A stretch of DNA of 64,000 nucleotides from Cystobasidiomycetes sp. EMM_F5 (taxonomy: Eukaryota). This document shows, in pieces, positions 1-11,606 of this stretch (the stretch's first letter is position 1; every line of letters begins with the position of its first letter). Both the position numbers and the translations under genes were made by a program. Location of the stretch: contig JBPGPT010000002.1 in the NCBI GenBank assembly GCA_051047955.1, positions 1,054,001 through 1,118,000 on the forward strand. The letters are read 5' to 3'. The notes beneath the pieces were generated by a model. It was not told the origin of the DNA, did not search any database, and worked only from the letters and a program-made list of their open reading frames with translations.

Positions 1-1471
1 CATGCCCATTCTTCGACTACTCTGTCACACGCCAGAACATTCACGCAGTCACTGCGCGGCCCCTCTCCGTCTGATGCGATGGCCAAACGCGGTACCCAAC
101 TTGACGCCATGTCCCCGACTAGTATGAGAAGCCAAAGCATAGATTCGGGCCTTTCTTCCCGTCCTCCATATGCGCGACAGATAACTCAATCGAACTTGTC
201 AAACTCACGTCCGACCTCAGCTCTCGATAATTACGCAAACGTATCGGTTACGCCCATCGTGACTCTCAGTGCGGGCTCGACACCTGAATCTAACGGCTTG
301 CCCGATTTGTCGGCTAGTGAAGACATTGATACTGCTCAAAGTCAGCCGCGATCGTACGAGCTTATGCAAGAGTCGATATTATCAGAGAGCAGCACGGGCA
401 GTGGCATATTCGACAAGATTCAGCTGCTTCCCGACGAGCTTGTCTGCGTAGGACTCAGCCTCGCACACGAAAAGCATTGGCGTACAAAGATTGTGCACGC
501 GCTTTACTATCCGCACGACGTGATGCCGCGTCCGGGTGACAATCGCAGGCGAGTCCGGCGCCGTCCTCGCAGCAGCACACATACCTCTACGGAAAGCGAT
601 GATGTCACGTCTGATCAGGACTACCTTGACAATGATAATTCTGACAATGAGGCGGTGGAAGAGCCAGGCGATAGCAAAATCACAATATCAGGTCTCACCC
701 TCGATGATGGCGAGCACCCATACTCTGCAACGCCGAAACCGAAGCACCCTTCTCTCAGTAGACTTGCCTTGAAGCGGACTGCCACCACCTCATCGCAAAG
801 CTCCGCAGGATCACCGATGGTAGTGCGAAGGACCAAAGAAGCGCCTTACCCTGTGAGTGTAAACAACTGCTTTCAGCCCCAGCATCCGTCTAATGTACGC
901 ATGCTTGCGGCGCACCAGATTCCCTTCCTATCGCTTACTCTGACTGTTGAAGGCGGTTCTTTGATAGCCGACATCAGGTTGATGAGGGCGCTGTTTGATG
1001 AGCAGGAGGAGAGTATGGTGTTTGCATCAGGTCAAGGCGGGCTTGTAGAATTGTGGGCTGGAGAAGACGACAACTTCGACGACGACGATATGGCGAGTCC
1101 AACGCGGGAGCGGTATACTCGTGTGGGCGACACGCCGAAGGATGCCTCGGATGAGTGGGAGAAGGTCGATCAGGAAGAGGAGTCTCAGGACGATGCGGAG
1201 ACTGAGGGCAGAAGTCTGTACAAATGCCTACAGCTCGATCTATCGAGTTTTGGACTGGAAAAGGCGGGCTTAGCCCACCAGTTTGCTGGCTTGCTAACAA
1301 AGGAGGACATTAACTTGCTATATTCATCTACGTATAGGCGAGTATACAGATGAAGGCGAGGCTGTGTTACTCGAGTGCTAACGTTGAACGGTACACAGGA
1401 CTGCTAACATCTTGGTTGCGAAGAAGCACATTCGCAAAGCCAGACGCGCGCTCGAGGCGAATTCAAAGTAA
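1..1471 (+). CDS. CASTOR/GATS-like ACT-domain protein, 5'-partial (frame open from base 1); last intron 1338-1398 (GC-AG)
   Basis: Motifs IPFLSLTLTVEGGSLI and CLQLDLSSFGLEKAGLAHQFAGLLTKEDINLLYSSTY|RTANILV resemble the ACT_7/CASTOR C-terminus. Spliced last exon ends ...ALEANSK* at TAA 1469-1471. Confidence 0.65.
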
Positions 1472-1605
1472 TGTAGGTGGTGAATATTTAGTCAATACAG
1501 CCCGACTCTCAGTCGCAGATGTTTGTAGTAGCTTGTCGTTGTTATACATTATCAGATCTCATTCTTTCGAGTGGACATTACCATGCTGATACTTGACATG
1601 CGCCA

Positions 1606-4062
1606 ATGGCTAGCGATTACCGGATACTGGTCGTTGGGGACTGTCATGTCGGAAAATCATCTCTGATAACATCCTTTCTCCGCGAATCAGACGCTGACGG
1701 GCTCAAAGCTGGACCATCCCATACCGTGCAGCCCGTCGTCAGTGTGCCCGGACTCGGGAGAACTACGCTATACGTGGTAGACACGCAGTGTAGGTCAGGA
1801 ATGGCTGCGTTAGTCAGCCGTGCTGATATTGAGCACAATGACAGGCAGAGAGTGCTTCCAGGACGATAATGCATACGGACACTATCAACGCCAGCTCGCG
1901 AATGAGCTTGATCGGGCAGACGCTGCAGTCGTGGTCATCGCGGCGAACGACGAAGCCAGCATAGACGGTGTCCGCACGAGATGGCTGCCTTGGATCAGGT
2001 CTAGGAATCCTCAGGGAAACAAGGCCTACCTGCCGGTCATTCTCGCTGTCAATAAAGCGGACGTCATACCGTCAGATTCCCTCACATCTCTTCGAACGAG
2101 TCTGCAACAGCTGGTAGCCGAATGTAGGTCATCCCGGGCTGTCAAATTAGTGAATCCGCTGATTAGATGCCCAGCGCCAGAAATTGAAGAACGTTTGGAG
2201 TGTTCCGTAATGGTGTACAGAAATGTTCCGGAAAGTGAGCATAGAGTTCTTTACGCCTACGGGCGCAGCTGATTATCTTTTCGCACATCTTACAGTGTAG
2301 GCATGCCCTTATTGACAAGATATCGCTTGTGGAGCTAACCATTTTCTAGATTTTGGCTTGCTCAAAAGTCCGTCGTCAATCCTCTGGGTCCTCTCTATGA
2401 CACGACGAGCAAGGTAAGGTGGACTTCCTCTAAAAAGTAATAACATTGCTGAAATGGACGGCAAAGACGCTTCAACCTCTGGCGAGAGCGGCTATTGCCA
2501 GGATTCACCGGCTGTCGAGTCGCCAAAAGGACGTCATGGCTCATGCAGACCTACAAGATTTGCAGATGCGCGTGTTCAACCAAGCGATGTCACCAGACGA
2601 TGTCGCCCAGCTCCTGCCAGGCACTGTTGCCATAAATCAACAAGACTTCGCAAACCTCTTCCGAGAGCTGATACAACGCGGTCAAGCTGAGACAGTCTGG
2701 AATATCCTTCGATTCTACGGCTACGACGATGGCTTGCAGCTCGATGCTGGCTATTTGCACCCGAAGCTCGACATCAAAGCGGACGGTTCGGAAGTTATCG
2801 AACTCAGTCAAGATGGCTGGAATTTCCTGGTTGAACTGTTCCACAAGCTTGAGAAGGTAGGCAATTACATGGTCCGTCGAGGTGTTGTGCCTCTGCTCAA
2901 ACGTTAGTTTAGGGCGCAATACTCAATAAGGAGAGTCTATCCGACCTTCTCGACCCCACAGACTTGTTTTCAATCGAAAACATGACTTTGGTAGAGTGGC
3001 GCGCACAATGGGCGTACGTAGCGTTCTGTTCTCGGTCAAAGTTCAGATATGGCTGATCTATGGTATTTGCAGCGCATTGGTGTGGAAAGATCATAAAGCT
3101 GCGCTGAAAGCCCTCGCACAATTAGGATATCCGCAAGCTGGCCCTACGTCTGCGTCGTCTACCTCAAAACGGAAAGCAAGAAGTACAACTACCGCTCTGA
3201 GGATACTCAAAGCCGTTCCCGCTAGTACTCGACACAGTCAGCGAAGCGTCTTTGGTGTTTTGGTCATTGGCGAGATTGATGCTCAGACTGCCTTCCTTCA
3301 AACTCTTGGACGGGACGTTCTTCAATTGGAACACGAGCGATGTATCGTAGTCAGTATAGAACTGCTATGGACACCTCCGAGAGCTGACAGCTGCCAACCG
3401 TTTGCAGTTTATTTCCGTATCTGACGTGGCTCAATTGAGTACCAGGAGGATCGCCTCATCAGACTTGGCTCTCTACGTACAGATACACGATAGCAAAAGT
3501 GAGAAGGGAGACGGTGTCGGAGACGGAGACGGAGAAGAAAGGAAGCTCGATCTGTCGTACCTTGAAGACGTGCGAAGCGAGGCCAATACCAAGCTCTTGC
3601 AGCTGCCCAGCAAGCTCGTGCTCGTCCTTTCAGGATCTTCGTCCCCTCAAAGGGGAGAGGATGGGGACGCTTCTGCATCAAAACGAGTGTCGCTAGAATG
3701 CTTGGAATTTGCTCAAAAACACGGTATGTCGGGTATTGTAAGTCTCATGGAGGGCAGCGTCACGCCATTCACCGCAAACATCGAGGAGACTGTTCTGAGA
3801 AAGTAAGTCTTGTGGATCAGAACCCCGCACTTTGCCAGAAGCGGGCTGACGATCGTGTCTAAGCGCAAGGACTCGCGGCAACGAGGACCGACTGACAACA
3901 TCGACTACGAGCTGGCTTGTGTGGTCTGGCGCCATCGCTGCAGGCTGTGCTATCGGTTACGTTCTGCTGCAGAGGCTAGGATGGCTGCAGTCAAACGACT
4001 TGTCGACGACCAGCTATTCAATCTCCAGTGTCAAGTCTGGTGCGCGTCCGAAGAAGCTGTGA
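1606..4062 (+). CDS. GEM1: Divergent mitochondrial Rho GTPase (Miro/Gem1-like), multi-exon, tail-anchored
   Basis: N-terminal GTPase motifs GDCHVGKSS, NKAD and ECS. Miro-specific segments RWLPWIRS, FWLAQKSVVNPLGPLYD, TVWNILRFYGYDDGL, IELSQDGWNFLVELF and EWRAQW...LAQLGY. C-terminal TM WLVWSGAIAAGCAIGYVLL; stop TGA 4060-4062. Confidence 0.8.
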
Positions 4063-4236
4063 ATGGCATATTGAGTTGAGACCGTGGTAGCGGTGCTTGC
4101 AGATGAGGACAGTGGCGAAGAACAATACAACGACAGGAATGCTTCCGTTAACTACCACTATTGAAAGAAATGCAGGAAATGAGGGTAATGAAGTGATGCA
4201 GAAGGCAATGGTAGCATGATGTATTGCGTCGTGTCT

Positions 4237-4809
4237 TCACTTTGCGCTCATCTTGTACTGTGAAGTGTCGAGAATCTTGGTCTCACACATAACACAGATG
4301 CCCTCCTGCAAGGCCAAGAAGCTCAGCGCTCGTGTCGTATAGCAAAGGCTGGTTGGCAGAGACAGGCTCACCTTGTAGGCGCATCCTGCAGTGACGGAAG
4401 GAGACAATTGTGAGCAGTACAATCATTATATATGACGGTGCGACTGACTCTGACAATATTTTGCGCCCTCTTTGGCAACTGTCACTTTGCACACCTTGCA
4501 CTTGCCAAATGTACTCTTGCCAGCGCCTTCCGACGATGCTTTCTGGCCATCCGCTACGTCTGCACCGGCTCCTCGTTTGCTCGAGCCTACGTCTGTCGCC
4601 GTGAGGTTGCCCTTGCCTTTGCGAAGTGCGCTTCCCGCTGCGGGCACAGAAGACGTGTACCTCCTCCGTGCTTCGAGCAGTTTGTTGCTGCCCAGCTTGC
4701 GTTCGTTTCGCTGATCCGACCCAGACCCAGCAGCTTTCCAGACGTCGGTGACGGCGAGTGTCGTAGTCTTTTTGGAGCGCTCGCTGGCTTCACATTTTGC
4801 GCAGACCAT
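4237..4809 (-). CDS. CRIPT: CRIPT-family cysteine-rich PDZ-binding protein (3 exons)
   Basis: MVCAKCE...NKLL...CKVCK...YCQ|RCAYK|EGICVMCETKILDTSQYKMSAK matches the CRIPT Cys pattern; the middle exon is 14 nt. Confidence 0.85.
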
Positions 4810-5117
4810 TGTGGGACGTCGAGGTCTCAAGATGACCAGTTGGGTCGAGTGGTCAGAGCAGAGCAGACCCGTCGTCGTTGTTGCACCCAACTTGGCAGCC
4901 AGCTTTTGTCGGAAACCAATCCGCAAACAAAGCGAGCTCATCGCCAGCTACAGTGCGAAAGGATATCGTCTGACAGCTGAGCTGGGGCAGTCCAAGAGTC
5001 CGCCAGCGGGTCAGTTCTTGCAAGAGTCGCAAGTGACGACGGGATAGCCTGGGGCTCGTATCGGGGCGACAGCAAGCATAGGGTTTGTACTGGTCCTGGC
5101 TGTAGCAACCTCACAAC

Positions 5118-6552
5118 ATGGCCGGACAGACTCCCATCGTCCTGGACCAGGGAACTGGGTTCGTAAAGTGCGGTCATGCCGGGCAAAGTAGGTTGCGACT
5201 AGGAGCTGGACTGGCGACCGCGATAACCCGACTGAACAATGTTGACAATGCATGCGTACAGACTTTCCAGAATTCACATTCCCATCCATCGTTGGGCGGC
5301 CCATCCTACGTGCCGAAGAGCGTGGTGCCAATGCCCTCCCCGCCGACCTGGGCGACATCATTGTCGGCGATGAAGCCAGCCAGTACCGGTCCATGCTACA
5401 GATCACGCAACCTCTCGAACACGGTATCGTCACAAACTGGGACGACATGATGGAACTCTGGAACTATACCTTCTTCAAGAAGCTACGAACAGACACCAGA
5501 GGGCAAAAGATCCTCCTCACAGAACCGCCAATGAATCCTACGCGAAACCGGGAACGCATGTGTCAGATCATGTTTGAGTCGTATGGCTTTGACAGCGTAT
5601 ACGTGGCCATCCAGGCAGTTCTCACTTTATACGCTCAAGGTTCGGACGGGTGTAATTCTGGCCAGACTCCATGCTGACAAGAACTTTACAGGTCTGTCTA
5701 CTGGTGTCGTCGTCGACTCTGGTGATGGTGTCACTCATATCGTCCCGGTCTACGAAGGCTTCGCTCTACCGCATCTCACAAAGCGTTTGGATGTTGCAGG
5801 ACGCGATGTTACCAGATATCTCATCAAACTGTTATTACTGCGAGGCTATGCATTCAATCGAACCGCAGACTTTGAAACCGTTCGCCAGATCAAGGAGAAG
5901 CTGTGTTACGTCAGTTACGACTTGGAGTTGGACAAGAAGCTTGCAGAAGAGACGACTGTGCTTGTGGAGTCTTACAAGGTATGTTGGCAGGGCAGAATGA
6001 CTGTCATGTATTCTTGCTGAGCAGTGACTGTGTTGGTCTAGCTTCCCGATGGCCGAGAAATCAAGGTCGGACAAGAACGATACGAAGCGTCCGAGTGCCT
6101 GTTTCAACCGCATCTGATCGACGTGGAACAACCGGGTATGGGAGAGATGCTATTCAATACTGTTCAAGCGGCTCCAGTCGATGTCCGCGCGGACCTGTAC
6201 AGCCACATTGTGCTTTCGGGTGGCTCCAGCATGTACCCTGGCCTACCGAGTCGGCTGGAAAAGGAGCTTAAACAGCTCCAACTGACCAGAGTGTTGAACA
6301 ACAACCCTGACCGGCTGAGCAAGTTCAAGGTCGGAGTCAACGCCCATCCCGTTAGGCGGAACCTAGGTTTGTGCCAACACTTTGCGATGTTGACACACTC
6401 TAACCCTCGCATGCTATTTCTTTACAGTATACATGGGTGGCTCGGTATTGGCGGATGTAATGAAGGATAACCCAGCTTACTGGGTCACGAAAGCCGAGTG
6501 GGACGAGCAGGGTACAAGAGCTCTTGACAAATTGACTCCTAGATCCGGATAG
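5118..6552 (+). CDS. ARP2: Actin-related protein 2 (Arp2/3 complex)
   Basis: [44 protein letters not shown] and [22 protein letters not shown]; last exon [10 protein letters not shown]...SG* (TAG 6550-6552). Confidence 0.95.
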
Positions 6553-6936
6553 ATGAGGGCTAGACGCACAGCCTGTACGGTCGGAAAAGATGGTCTCTTG
6601 TGTCGAGTCGTGTGCCGAATCGTAATTATTGAAAATTGATGTATGTACCCTCGTCAGGACGCTTGAGCTGTTGCTTCCCTTGATCGAGCGACAATGATTG
6701 AACGGACCATACGGGAACCGTTGTTGTCGTGCATGGTCTCCACAACTTGCCTTACAAAGCAGTGATACTTGGTAGATCTCTCCGCCCACTATGTCGGCGA
6801 TGTCGGCGATACTACGATCTCTATCCTCGGGCCGGCGCGTCATAAGTGTGGGTTTCAGCCTCTTGCTCGCATTTTTTGCGCTTTCCTTCGTTCCATCATC
6901 CAGCGCTATTAGCAGACAACATCAGCATAGCACAGA

Positions 6937-8679
6937 ATGTCTTCCACCGTACCATCCGAGTTCACAGGCTGGGCAGCCGTTGGCAAGGACTGCTTGAAGG
7001 GCAAGTTTGAGAAGACAAATTATAAACCAAAAGTGGGTATTGTTTCTTCGCTGTTGAGTGTTACCGCTAACGATGATATGCTATCAGGCTTGGGAGGAGA
7101 CCGACGTCGATATCAAAATCGTAAGCCAATCGTGTTCGGCGGCTCCTTCACTATCAGCTGAACAGAGTACGTAGCAATACTGTGGTATCTGTGCTTCCGA
7201 TCTGCACACTGCTTCCTCTGGTTGGGGAGAAGTTCAGTACCCAATTGTACGGAAAACCTAACCGTGGAGACTGTCAATTATACTCTGACAGCTTTTCCTG
7301 ACAACAGGTAGTCGGCCACGAGATTGTCGGAGGTGGGCATATCCTATTTAGTGATGGAAGTAGTTCTGATTTGATCACGATACATCAAACAGAGGCCGTC
7401 CGCGTTGGCAAAGAAGTCAAGCACGTCAAGGTTGGCGACATTGTCGGTAAGCCGCCATTGTCTACATTGCGCACATCTGATCGCGACTGACATTATCACT
7501 ATAGGTGTCGGAGCACAGTGCGGCAGCTGCCTCGACTGCCCGCCATGCAAGACCGACAACGAGCAGTACTGCGACAATGGTCAAGTCGGCACATATAACG
7601 GAATTTTCTACAAGGAAGGTCCAGCCAAGGGTGACCGTAGCCAGGGCGGTTACTCCAACTACAACCGCAGCCCAGGACACTTTGTAATCAAGATTCCAGA
7701 CGGTCTGGACCCTGCAGTTGCCGCTCCTATGTTGTGCGGAGGAGCCGTAAGCGTTAAACTTCGTTATATTTATGGACCTAGCTGAATGCGTACGCTGCGA
7801 GGTAGACGGTGTACTCCCCGATGAAACGCCTTGGGGCCGGGACGACCCGCAAGAATGTCGGTGTCATCGGACTCGGCGGACTGGGACATTTTGCTGTCTT
7901 GTTCGCAGCACACATGGGTGCCGAAGTGACTGTGAGTAACGACTGTGTGAGAAAGGTCTGATGTAGATTTATAATATGAATCTGCCACTGTCAGGTCATC
8001 TCGCACAGCAACAGCAAGGAGCAGGATGCGAAAAAGATGGGCGCAAAGCATTTCATCGCAACTCACGATGATGACTCTGTGTTCAAGAAGAATGCGCGTA
8101 CTTTGGACCTGATCATCTGCACAACCGTAAGTGAATACCACAGCAGACACATAAGAAGTCTGACCTCTGCTTTCATGGTTGCCTAACTCCGTCCTGTTCC
8201 GCGTCTGGTGCTAACAGAACGGTGAGTCGCAGGAGTACTAGCCACATGCATGGGACGTCACTGAATCAAGTGATGCTATGCTCAGACGACAAGATGCCAT
8301 TGACTGGTTACATGAAGTTGCTCAAGCCAGGCGGTATCCTCAACTTTGTCGGACTGCCCGAGGCCGGACTCCCCAAGGTTCCTCCTTCTGCCCTTATCAT
8401 GAATGTGAGTTACGAAATGGAAAGTCGTACATGATTGCTGACTTTCCCACGTATAAACAGAACGTCAGCCTTAGCGGATCTGCCATTGGATCCCCTGCTG
8501 AGATCTCCGAGATGCTCGAACTTGCCCACAAGGAAAAGATCCACGGATGGGTTCAGAAGTGGGATCTGAATCAGGTGAACGAGGCAATTCCTGCAATGGA
8601 AGCTGGCAAAGCCCGCTACCGCTACGTCCTGGTAAACCAGGAGAACGGAGGAAAACTTGATACCAAGAGTCAGCTTTGA
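6937..8679 (+). CDS. NADP-dependent Zn alcohol dehydrogenase (ADH6/cinnamyl-ADH family), many short exons including a 4-nt exon at 8218-8221
   Basis: CGICASDLH, GHEIVG, structural Zn CGSCLDCPPC...C, APMLCGG, GLGGLGH and GSAIGS...ARYRYVL. Confidence 0.9.
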
Positions 8680-8918
8680 TGAGATATTAGGGAGGTTACA
8701 ACCTTAGCGAATCCTCAGCCTCAAGCAATAGACATGCCTAGAGTAGAAGGACCAATACATTAGACGATTAGTAAAACGCGGTTTCGTGCCGCCATTATTG
8801 GTCTAACTAAACTAAACCCACTTGCCGTGTCTTTACAACGCTTGTCTCTTCCGGCTTCAATCGTTAGAGTCGCCAACTTTATGTGAGATAGACACCACAT
8901 GCACCACTGTCAAGCAGC

Positions 8919-11127
8919 ATGAGTGTCAGCGCGCAGTCTCACAATCGCCGCCCGTCCATCAGTCAGTTCCGGCTAGTATACCAGCTGCGGGCGTGCATCT
9001 GACATCCAAACTAGCAGCCTCCAACGCCTCTGGCCTCTCGGAGCGTACACCGCTACTCCCTGGCGCGAGCAGTATCAGCATCGTCAAGGATGACCCAGAT
9101 TTGCTGGCACATCCACCGCATGGCTGGCCAGCTGAAGTCAGAGCCCTGACGAGGGTCGCTTTCCCACTTTGGATGACGTTTCTCCTGGAGTATGCGATAG
9201 GCGGCTTCACGATTGCTTTCGTGGGTCATCTGGGAGTCAAGGAGATGAATGCCGCCAGTTTGGGCGTAAGCGGTTACTCCTTTGCAAGAAGGAAGTTCAA
9301 TATTGACAAATTACTCGTCTGCAGCAATTGCTTTTGACAACCACTACAGTGGCTCCCCTCATCTACGGCTTATGCGTCAGTCTCATGCGTGACAGTCATG
9401 CTCCGTAGTCTGACAAGCTTTCATAGGCTGCTTTGGACACTCTGGCTACTCAAGCATTCACTTCACCTAATCCCAAAAATACTTCATTATACGTTCTCCG
9501 CACAGGCGTCATCATCTTTGCCTCGCTGGTACCCGCTTCAATCTTTTTATGGTTTGGCGAATCAATTCTTCTTTTCCTCAAGCAGGATCCTGATGTAGCC
9601 AGGCTCGCCGGAGAATACGTCCGAGGTGAGGTGACATTTTATCCGCATCGACGATCGCTGCTAAAGTGCCGAATGTACCAGTCTACCTCGCTGGTGTACC
9701 GCTACTCGCGGCGTACGAGCTATGTCGCCGATGGCTGCAAGTTCAAAATCTGATCTTCATTCCAACACTGGTCTTGGTTGTCGCAGCCCCGCTTAGCATC
9801 ATCCTCAATTACCTTCTTGTTCTTGGCCCGTAAGTTTTTGCAAAACGTGCGAGTACTGTACTTGTTTCTGAGGCGAATTATTTCCGATAATGCAGAGATT
9901 CGATGCGAATTGGTTTTATAGGATCTGCGATTGCTGTCGTTATCACGGACGCTGTCATGGTAGGATAGCGTACAGCTGTACAACATTAACATCTAACTAT
10001 TTGAATTCTCTCAGCTTATTATGCTAGTCGTCTACATTGTCGGGTGGGCACCTCGGCACGCATGGGGAGGATGGACGTCGGCCATATTTCTTGATCTCGG
10101 ACCCAATATCCGACTTGGACTCGCTGGGATAGCCTCAGTATGCTCTGAATGGCTGTCGTGGGATGTAGTTTCTATCGCTTCCTCTCTAGTGGGGCCAGAA
10201 CCCTTCGCCGCAAACCAGATTCTCAGTATGTGTGCCAACTATGTATATGCCCCGGAACTTACACATCACGTGCACAGTTGTGTTTGCGGTGACGGCCTAT
10301 CAGCTGCCGTTCGCTTTGAGCGTAGCAGCGAGCATACGAATCGGCAATCTGGTCGGTGCTCAGCAGATACGGCAAGCCAAGATATCTGCCCAGGTCATTC
10401 GATGGAGTACGGTCGTACTGGGGTTACTCAACTCTGTCATTGCTATTGGAGCGCGCAATCAAATTAGTCAACTGTTCACCGAGGACTTGGCAGTCATGCG
10501 TCTGGTCTCGTCTGTAGTGAGCAAGCAGCGTCCGAGCCGTATTGAGCCTACTGATTGTCCAATTATTGGCACTAGATGCCGCTTGTGGCTGCTTTTCAGG
10601 TACTGGATGGACTGACGGGTACATGTCAAGGCATACTGAGAGGTGTAGGACTGGCGGTATGTTTTTTTGAACGAGTCGCAACAAGACGAATACACTGATG
10701 TCTGCCATGGTTGATTCAGGGCATCTCGGCCAAGGCTAATATTATCGGTGTGTTGCCTCGCTATACTTGGCAGGAATGCATTGCTGATGGGCGCCCCTTT
10801 ACGTAGGATACTGGATATTCGGCATTCCTACGGGTCTGCTACTGGCGTTCCACTATGGCTTTGGCTTGAAGGGGTTATGGTGCGGCCATGTGTTGGCTCT
10901 ATCGTTGACCACTCTTTTAGTCGGAACTCCAACATATAGGTAAGTCGCTTCTCGGGATGCTCACTGCCGCAGCCTGACCACCACGGCTTGACAGCATCAA
11001 CTGGCAAAGAGCGGCCGATGATGCGAAAAAGCAGTCTCTAGAGACCGAGGCGTTTCTTCACGCTCGCCGGCGGACATACGGAGCGGATGTCGAGGACAAC
11101 GAGGAAGCTGTGACGGATCCAGCGTGA
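8919..11127 (+). CDS. MATE-family multidrug/toxin efflux transporter
   Basis: SERTPLL, FVGHLG...AASLG, ALDTLATQAF, SEWLSWD, SIRIGNLVGA, FQVLDG...QGILRG and GLKGLWCG. Hand-spliced; start ATG 8919 followed by an intron; stop TGA 11125-11127. Confidence 0.9.
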
Positions 11128-11606
11128 AATCAGAAAGACAGAGCAGGCGTGTTTGTTCGCAAATCCTCAGCAGACGTCTCCACAGTGTAGCATATCGTGT
11201 ATAGTGAGTGCTGGAAAGCGGCGAGTCGGATAGTGCGAGCAGAGGACACTGCGAGGCGTATGAGCACTCCCAGACAGTCTTGCCCCATTTGCCCAGTTTA
11301 CCATTCTGCAAATCCGCCACCCCTACCTGTGGACCTTTGACGGCATCTCTGCGGCTCTTACCGCATCTCCTGGAGGCATTTGACGCAGTTACCGCACAGC
11401 CAGCGCAGCACAGCAGCAGCAGCGATAATACTTGCAGACATTCAAGAGTGAACTCGCTGTCCAGCAAGACAGACCTCTGGGCGGATTGCGGGAGCTGGGC
11501 AGCACCGAGATAGCCAGCGAGCAAAGTGGTGGAGGAGCGACTTGGAGCTGGCTGGCAGCGGGATTAGGACGGGCAAGGCGCACAAGCTGGAGCTCTCAAG
11601 CTAGCC

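Noticed and set aside
2235..2350. Stwintron interpretation of the twin introns in the Miro-like gene
   Set aside because: [D1,2] needs a G before the internal donor (it is A) and [A2,3] needs a G after the internal acceptor (it is A); neither restores the frame.
4432..4980. 182-aa Cys-rich plus-strand ORF
   Set aside because: Overlaps CRIPT on the opposite strand, starts at GTG and has no recognisable motifs.
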